DNA of 63,218 bases, filler included, from Reclinomonas americana ATCC 50394 (Eukaryota): assembly GCA_048213135.1 (NCBI GenBank). It is 8 parts of 4 records of this genome, joined end to end, with 100 filler letters (N's around TTAATTAATTAA, not from the genome) between each part and the next. Parts side by side here need not be neighbours in the genome. Positions count along the whole stretch, not along the records: positions 55,451 to 61,237 come from PS015294.1; positions 61,338 to 63,218 come from PS015296.1; 6 more parts are not named here. One strand, given 5' to 3'. Made by a program: the position numbers and the translations under genes. Each line of letters opens with the position of its first letter. Position 1 is the first letter of the stretch. This document shows, piece by piece, positions 55,498 through 63,218 of the stretch. The notes below the pieces were generated by a model. The model was given only the letters and a program-made list of their open reading frames with translations. It searched no databases and had not been told where the DNA came from.

Positions 55498-58186
55498 TGG
55501 CCTACTTTACGTGCCGCAATGCCGTCGAGTCGGTGAATGCGGCCATTGCCACCAACTACGACGGTGCGGAGATGGGCGGCGACTTGCAGCTCAATCCGGC
55601 CAAGGGCACCGTGGTGTTCGCCTCTGGCCGGCAGGGCTGGGGATTCTCGATTCCGCAGTTTGCTGCGCTGTGGATCGACAAGTTCCCCGACATGACGGTG
55701 GAGGAGCTCTCGTTTCGTGGCTGCTTGTGTCTTCGCTGCTTTTGTGTGTTTGCATGCACTGATTGTCCGTCGCAGAGAACGCTTCTGGGGCGATCATTTC
55801 TACGATGCTCGCACCAAGGTACTTGCATACAAAGTGATGTGTGTGTGTTACCGTGGTCGTGATCTTGCTCCTCACTGTGTCCTTTTGCCGGCAGACGTGG
55901 CTGACGACTCCGGAAACCGCCGACGGTCGCCAACTGAAGCGCGCTTGCGTGCAGTTTGTGCTCGAGCCCGTGTTCCAAATATGCCAGGAGGCCGAGTCTG
56001 GTGCCACACTCGAATCTCTGGCGTCCAAGCTGTCGCGCTTTGGTGTGACTTTCACACCGGAAGAGCACCGCGCCCCTCCTACAGGCCGTGACCTTGTGCG
56101 CAAGTGAGTTGTCTTGTGTCGGGCAGTGATCGGAATACTGTGGGTGTGTGTGCTCATCGTGCCCACAACGCACAGAGTCATGAACCGCTGGCTGCCGGTG
56201 CCGCGCGCCATCATCGACATGGTCATCCGTCACCTACCGTCGCCGGTGGAGGCGCAGCGTTATGTTGCGTCTTGTGGCAGCTTCTCGTGCGTGTGTGCCG
56301 CCATCATGCAACTCACACGTGATTGCAAACGACACGCAGCGAGCGGAAATTCTGTACAGTGGACCGCCCGACGACCAAGTGAGTGGACAGTGACTCTCTC
56401 TCTCTCCTCACTCTTCTCTTCTCAAGATCGCCTTCTGCGTTCACAGTACTGCGAAGCCATTCGGCGTTGCGACCCTGACGGACCGTTGGTGGTCTACGTG
56501 TCCAAGATGGTGCCGACAACGTGAGTCGTTTTGCTCCAGCTGCACTCAGATTGCAGCGATTGTGGTACAAACTGTGCATCTCCCGACAATGCAGTGACCG
56601 CGGCCGTTTCTACGCTTTCGGCCGTGTGTTCTCTGGCACCGTGCGCAGCGGACAGCGTGTGCGCATCATCACCACCGACGAGGGCGGCTCGGAACCGATG
56701 GTGAAGAGCGTGCAGCGCACCGTCATGTTTATCGGTACGTGACAGTCTTCCTCTCTACTCATTGCTTGCTGTGTTGCTGATGCGAGTGTCGATGCGTGCG
56801 CACAGGCCGGAGTGCCGCCTCGGTCGACGACATGCCCGCCGGCACCACGGTGGCCATGTCCGGCATCGACAAGTACCTGGTCAAGACGGGCACGCTGGTG
56901 GACGAGTCGAGCGTCGACGCGCATCCGCTGGTCGACATGAAGTACACGGTGGCGCCGGTGGTGTGCGTCGCCGTGCAGACCAAGAATGCCTCCGATCTGC
57001 CGACCCTGGTGGAAGGCCTCCGCCGCCTGTGCAAGGGCGACCCGCTGGTGCGCTACTACGTCGACCGCGAGAGCCAGCAGAACATTCTCGCCGGTGCCGG
57101 CGAGCTGCACATCGAAATCTGCCTCGACGACTTGCGCACCGACTACGCACCCAACATCGAGATTGTGGTGTCGGAGCCCGTGGTGGCCTACCGCGAAACC
57201 GTGCTGGGCGAGAGCACCGAAGTGTGTCTGGCGAAGAGCGCCAACAAGCTCAACCGCATCTACATGCGCGCCTCGCCGCTGGCGCAAGAACTCGTCACCG
57301 AGCTCGATCGCGGCACACTCGACGTGGGCCAGGACGCCCGCAGCCGAGCGCGCCACCTGATCGATCGCCACAACTGGGCGCCCGAGGAGGCTCGCCAGGT
57401 GTGGGGCTTTGCTCCCGAGTCGGGCCAGGGCGCCAAGACCTGCGCACTTGTCGACATGACTCGAGCCGTGCAGTACCTTCGTTGCGTCGCTGTACACGTG
57501 GACAGAAGTGGTGGTGTCGAGTAGCATGCAGGCTGACATTCTATGCAGACGAATCGCGCGAAATGATCGTGTCGGCGTTCCAGGAGACCACCGCCGCCGG
57601 CATGCTGTGCTCCGAGCCCATGTATGGCGTCCGGTTTGATCTCATGGACGCCAAGCTGCACGCCGAGAGCGCCCACCGCAACGGCCACCAGCTCGGCGCC
57701 GCCACCGGACGGTGCATGAAGGCGGCCATGTACACCGCGTCGCCTCGCCTGCTGGAGCCTGTCTACGAGTGCGAAGTGACGTGTGCCACGGAGTCCATTG
57801 GCGGCGTGTACTCGACACTTGCACGCCGACGCGGAGCCGTGTTCGCCGAGGAGTCCGGCGGTGGCGACACCACAGTTGTGCGCGCCCATCTGCCGGTGGC
57901 CGAGTCCTTTGGCTTCTCGCGCGACCTCGGCGCCGCCACCAGCGGCAGTGCGTCACCCCAGATGATGTTCAGTCACTGGCAGGTGATCAACGACGACCCG
58001 CTGGAGGCCGGCACCACGTCGAACCGCATCGTGCTGGCCATTCGCGAACGCAAGGGTCTCGGAGCCGAAATCCCTCGTTGCGTCGACGTCGTTGCACACC
58101 TGCGGACTTTCACGCGCACCCTCTACCTAGTACTGACCTTTTACATCCTTCGCACAGCGCTGAATCGGTACCTGGACCGTCTCTGA
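55498..58186 (+). CDS. EEF2: Divergent eukaryotic elongation factor 2 (eEF2) homolog; N-terminal G1-G4 region in the spacer gap
   Basis: [117 protein letters not shown]. Nine introns visible. Confidence 0.93.
56264..56339 (+). other. Representative spliceosomal intron of the /GTTGCGT donor class
   Basis: Removing it restores the conserved eEF2 AQRY|RAE, fixing the boundary as TAT/GTTGCGT...CAG/CGA. Confidence 0.9.
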
Positions 58187-58891
58187 GACCTCGCAGATCG
58201 ACTTGCCTTTCGTCACGATCACGAATCCTTCGTTCCTTTCCTTTCATTCTCCCTCCCTATCTTCCTTTCTTTCTCTCCGTTTTTTTCCGCAGCTGCAGCA
58301 GTAGAGCTTTTTCCTCCGTTGTTTTGTTTCCTTTTGTGTTTTGCGTCATCGCTCTGGAGCTTGTTTCGAGCTCCGGCGTGTATCGATTGAAGTGTGGTGT
58401 TTTGTTGCGAAAGAGAATCAAACAGTATCTGAATATCAGCCGACAGCACAAAACTCCGTCAGTTGCCACTCCAGGGTTAAACCACTGGACAGAAACGATC
58501 GCGAAGACGGCTCGTCGCGATCCTGCATGATCTACCAATATTGATTCATTTAATTTGTGCCATTCGCCGCAATCATTCGTCTTCTGATCTACAGCCTCCT
58601 GCAGTGAGCTCCCTTTTGTCGTCTTGTACCCGGACGCTGCGCCGATTCATCCCTCCGACAGAAGCGCACTGATGAATTCATGAAGACTGATTCACGTGCA
58701 GGTGCCTAAGTTCTACCGTGCTCGTTTTTGGAATCGCACATCCACAGGGACGTTTCTTCGAGCTTCCATATTCCCTCTCTCGCCAGTTTATACCGACCTC
58801 GCTAATATTCCTTTCCCACTCCACTTTCTCCCTCCTACCTGAGAGCAGAAATACCTTTGAATTCCCCTTTAAATTGTTGCTTTCCCTGCTC

Positions 58892-59839
58892 ATGAAATCG
58901 ACAACTCTTCTTTGTCTCGTGGCCATGGTGGCATGTCTGGCGATCAGCGCCAACGCGCAGGTGACCATCCAGACCCTGCGCGCCGCTGGCGGTTACAACC
59001 CGTGGAGCAGGTCAGTCCCATAGCTCTCCTGCACACCAACGCGTCTCACACCATACATCATCCAGTGTCGACCCAACCTGTCCGGCGGGCACTGTGATCG
59101 AGGTGGTCAAGGCATACATTCAGGGATGCACGCAAGGTGCGTTTCGCACTCCTGCTTGTCGTATGTTGACAGTTTTTCCGAGTATACGCACACCCTTCCA
59201 GCCGATGGTTGCCACAGCAATGTTGCCACGACTGCCTGCAGCGCGGTCAACGACGTCACCAGCAATGCCAAGACGCAGGCTCTCAACGGGCAGCGTCTCG
59301 GGTGGCTGCACTTGGAGGACTTTGAGGTGAGCCCACGATAATCATCATCAATCATCGGTGGACAACTGACACTCGACACACACACGCACAAAACACAGTC
59401 GCCTTCCGCTCCGTGCACCCCCTTCCGCGTGCTGTGGTTCCAGTACAAGTGCGTCCCTCCGCCGCCACCAGTCTGCTCGGCCACCAAGACCTACCAGGCG
59501 TGCGGTGGCTGGAGTGTCGATCTGAGCTGCCCGAGCAACACCAAGATCGTCATCACCAGGGCGTTTGTGACGGGCGCCACAGTCACCGACGGCTGCTACG
59601 GCAACGTGGCGAACCCGCAGAGTGTGTGCGCCGAGGTCATCAACTACACCACTGGCGCCAATGCACTCTGCAACAACCAGAGCGCCTGCTGGCTGCGCGT
59701 GGAGAACTTTGAGGGTGCTCCGTTCACTGGCCGCTATGCCACCTGCTGGAACCACCAGACCAGCGCCGGCGCCCTGGGCAACGGCACTGGCAATGTCGGC
59801 TTCCGTGTACTCGCGGTGGAGTACGTGTGCTGCCACTGA
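58892..59839 (+). CDS. Secreted tandem SUEL (rhamnose/galactose-binding lectin)-like protein
   Basis: Signal peptide, then two Cys-rich units such as ACGGWSVDLSCPSNTKIVITRAF..C..CNNQSACWLRV..FRVLAVEYVC. Confidence 0.65.
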
Positions 59840-60177
59840 GCGGCCGCGGAGAGGAAACGCGAAAGAATGAAGATCAATCACTGCACGAAAATTCATCCAA
59901 TCCGTTTTGTGTCGAGGTGCGAGAGAAGAGAGAAAGTCACTCGTCGGTATGTGTTTCCTCCGCACACACACACTCATCGCGACAGTCCGCGTGTGTCGCT
60001 CCTCCTTTGTGTCTCTCTGTTTCTCTTTGCATGTGGTACGCCGCAGTCGCACTGTTTGTTGTTGTAGTGCAGAGGCATGCATTAACTGTTCGTCATGCGC
60101 GTGCCACCAACTGTCGCTCACACACTCGTGCTCACACACACCTTCGCAGCCTGTGCCTGTGTGCGTGTATATAAACG

Positions 60178-62651
60178 ATGCAAAAGGCTCGACAACTGGC
60201 CTCGGCCGAGGCCGAGAGTGTCATTGCTGCGGCCTTTGGAGGCAGTGCCAAGAAACTCGGACTGGTGTCCGCTCCTGGCGACGATGCTCTCGCCAAGCAG
60301 GCGAAGCAGCAGGCCAGCAAGGCGGGACCCACAATGCAGTCGATAGCACCACCAGCCGACAAGAAGGAGGACAAGGTGGCGACCAGTTGCGTCGCCACGT
60401 TTTTCCCGTTCGATGCACGCGCCCGCACCCTTTTTTTGCTCACGCACACGCACAGAGGCGGGTGGCGCGCTGGACTCGAGCGGAGAGGAGGAGGAGGACT
60501 CGATGTTTGACTCGGACGACCTCGACATTGACGCGCTGGAGGGCGAACTGGATCTGGTGCGTGCTGATTTGATGTTGTATTCGCGTATTCCTGCTGCAGC
60601 TCAGCGGTGTGTGTGTGGCTCACGAATCTGCAAACATGATAGGATGGTGACGATGGAGTCGATTATGCCAATAGCAGCGATCTGCGGGAACTGTTGGGAT
60701 CACCGTCGCAGCCGAACTCGCCAGTGCCTGCAGAGGAGGCCGACAACGCGCCGGGAGCGGGGACCATGCCGAGTTCGCTGGCCGCCAGTCCCTTCAACTA
60801 CGACTCGCACGAGCTGGGAATCACACCAATCTCCACCCCGGCCCCGAACGTGGAGAAGCCGGCGATTGTGCCTCGCTTGTCGTTGGCCGGCGGTATCGCG
60901 ATGATGAATGCGTCGCCGCTGACCGTGTCGCAGCCGCCGCAGTCGGCCTCCATGTCGCCGGTGAAGTTTGCGTCGGCGACCGTCACACCGATTGACGACG
61001 ACATGGGCTTCGACGGCAATGGCACACCAGCGTTCATCCACGAGGCGGAGATGCCCAGGGCGACCGCCGCCTCTGTATCACCACCCGCCACGGTGACCGC
61101 GAACGACAACCCCGCACCGCCGGCGAGACCAGCCAGCAATGGCGCAGCGGACAAGCCAGCCAAGGCCACCACCGTCACCGACTCGGTCGATGAGAAGCTC
61201 AAGGCTCAACGCAAGGTACGCGTGCGCACACGCAGCANNNNNNNNNNNNNNNNNNNNNNNNNNNNNNNNNNNNNNNNNNNNTTAATTAATTAANNNNNNN
61301 NNNNNNNNNNNNNNNNNNNNNNNNNNNNNNNNNNNNNGTCTGTCTGTCTGTCTGTCTGTCTGTTTGTATTCTGTCTGCCTCCGTGTCTCTTTCTCCTTTG
61401 CTCTCTTTCTCTCTTTCTGAGTCTGCCTGTCTGTCTGTCAGTCTGTCTGTCTGTCAGTCAGTCAGTCTGTCTGCCTCTCTGTTTTCTGCCTCCGTCTGTG
61501 TGCCTGTCCCTTATCTAGTGTCTTTCTTTCTCTTTGTCTGTCTGCATTCTATCTTTCTGTCTCCTTCTCTCTTTCTTGCTTTCTTTCTCTCTTTCTTTAA
61601 TGTCTGTCTTTCTGTCTGTCTGTCTCTCTCTTACAAGCTCTATCACGAGTGAGTGTTTGTGTATGAAGCTTCGGCGCAAGTCTGTTGGTCACTCCTCCGC
61701 GTCTCACTCTCTTGCGCGCGCAACAGGGCAAGTTGCTGGCACAACTAGCGCAAATCCGTGACAATGTATCCTCGCTCTGCGTCAATGGCTTCTTTGTGGA
61801 CGACACGTACTCGTCGGTGTTGGTCGACGAGATGATGATGGTCCGTCGGTGGAGCTTGCCGTGAAGCCGTTTCACGATAATAATCAATTGCTGGTTGTGA
61901 ATCGCAGGACTTTCAACAACTGGAGACCGTGAGCAAGCAGCTGGCGGCCGAGTTGGCGTACATGAAATCGCACACGGACCGCATCGCCACCATGCGCACG
62001 AGCTTCGACACGCAGCGTCAGATGTACAAGGGCTACTTGGCTAACGCCAGCAATGTCAGGTAGGTGTCAGAGTCCCGCAATGCGGAAGAGGAGAGACTGA
62101 CCTGTGTTTGTACAGCGCCGGTTCATCGTCATCTCTGGGCTCCGCCGACGCCGCCACCGCCTCCAGCACCGCCTCCAACGAGATCACGTCGTTTGTGTAT
62201 GCGCGCTCGTTGCATCGACTGGAGCGGAAAAAGGTGCTGGTGGACTACGATGTGCCCATGTCGAATTCACAGTTGCGCAACAATATGTATGCATGCAGCT
62301 CTGTCACACCACCGTGCTCATCCCGCCCGCCCGCCTGCCTGTCACAGGAAAAAGAAGCTCATGGCCGAAATCAGCCCCGGTGAAGGCGGTGTGTTTACCG
62401 TACTGATCACGCAGGCGCGTGGAAGTAGCGCTGGCAGTAGTTCGGCGGCGGCCACGCAGCTGCAGTCACCGTCGTCGTCGGCGGCGACAAGTAGCAAGAG
62501 TGAGGTGGTGACCCACTTCGATTTTGATTTCTCAGAGCTGGTGGCGCTGGCGCACACTGCCAGTCGTGACACGGTGGTGCGCATGGAGGGGTTGTGTTTT
62601 GCCGTGCATGCGTTGGTGGCGTTGATCAACAGGAAGTTTTATGAGAGGTAG
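60178..62651 (+). CDS. RasGAP_C (IQGAP/RasGAP C-terminal) domain protein; centre in the spacer gap
   Basis: IRDNVSSLCVNG..DTYSSVLVDEMMMDF..QRQMYKGYL..LERKKVL..EISPGEGGVFTV..FAVHALVALINRKFY. Linkage of the low-complexity 5' part (60178-61237) across the spacer is inferred. Confidence 0.65.
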
Positions 62652-63218
62652 ATGAGGAGATGATGGGAGTGTAATGGAGGGTTTGCAAGAGTGGTGAGCA
62701 GTGGGGGAAGGGGGGGGGGGGGTTAGATCGCAGTTCTCTTGAAGCTCCGAGACAATCGCAGTTGACGATGCACCCAACGTTGCCCAGTTCTCTGACACTC
62801 CCTTCTCCTCCCTTCACCACTCCTTCTCCTCCCTTCACATCACGACTTGTCACCTTTTCGTCTTGCTGTTCGGATCAACGAATCTTCATTTCTCTCTCCT
62901 CTTCGTTTCTTGCATCACGCAGCGTGCGTGTGTGTGTGGAACAGCAACAACCAAGACACTCACAAATAGCCTCTCGTCCTCCTCCTCCTCCTCCTCCTCC
63001 TCCGCGCCCTCCCTCAACGACAACAACAACAACTCCGTCGCTTCCAATGTCTGCCTCTTCTCCGTGCGACGACGAGAAAGCAGACATGATGCTCATCGAC
63101 AGCAAGCAGCATGTGACGACGACGATGATGATGATGCATTCATCCTCTGCCTCCATCAATATCCACGATGATGATGATGAGGATGAGATGAAGAAGAAGA
63201 GCGCATCGGGGTCTTCTG

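Noticed and set aside
56264..56339. Non-GT (TT-starting) splice boundary for the GTTGCGT class
   Set aside because: Shifting by one base would change the conserved eEF2 YRA to YGA; the canonical GT-AG placement fits.
61786..61795. GTATCCTCG as a U12-type donor in the RasGAP_C gene
   Set aside because: Lies within an exon encoding IRDNVSSLC, which fits the domain without splicing.

Overview
Eukaryotic (protist-like), GC-rich, intron-dense nuclear scaffold with sized N-gaps and artificial 100-bp N/TTAATTAATTAA/N spacers. About 28 spliced protein genes can be reconstructed by hand. They include a calmodulin-like protein, an ER-retained VOC protein, an SNRNP48-like protein, WD40 proteins, an Atg22-like MFS transporter, a penicillin/AHL acylase, an SSXT+SANT protein, a TmcB/C-PAS-adenylate cyclase, MMACHC, prefoldin 6, Yae1, polyubiquitin, an LRR-WW protein, class III ADH, adenylate kinase, NIPBL/Scc2, a divergent eEF2, a SUEL lectin and a RasGAP_C protein. 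Genes are often only 45-140 bp apart and most introns are 55-85 nt GT-AG. The most striking signal is a second, near-invariant 5' splice-site class, /GTTGCGT. I found at least 30 such introns, 29 of them lacking exonic -1 G, and the motif lacks the usual +5 G. This suggests a variant or shifted snRNA recognition system, and it occurs alongside a U11-48K-like gene lacking its zinc finger. Other notable items are an eEF2 with HRN in place of HRG at the diphthamide loop, a cyclase lacking its catalytic Arg, and a His-rich CAAX microprotein. All gene models and family calls come from manual translation and motif recognition; no database searches were run.
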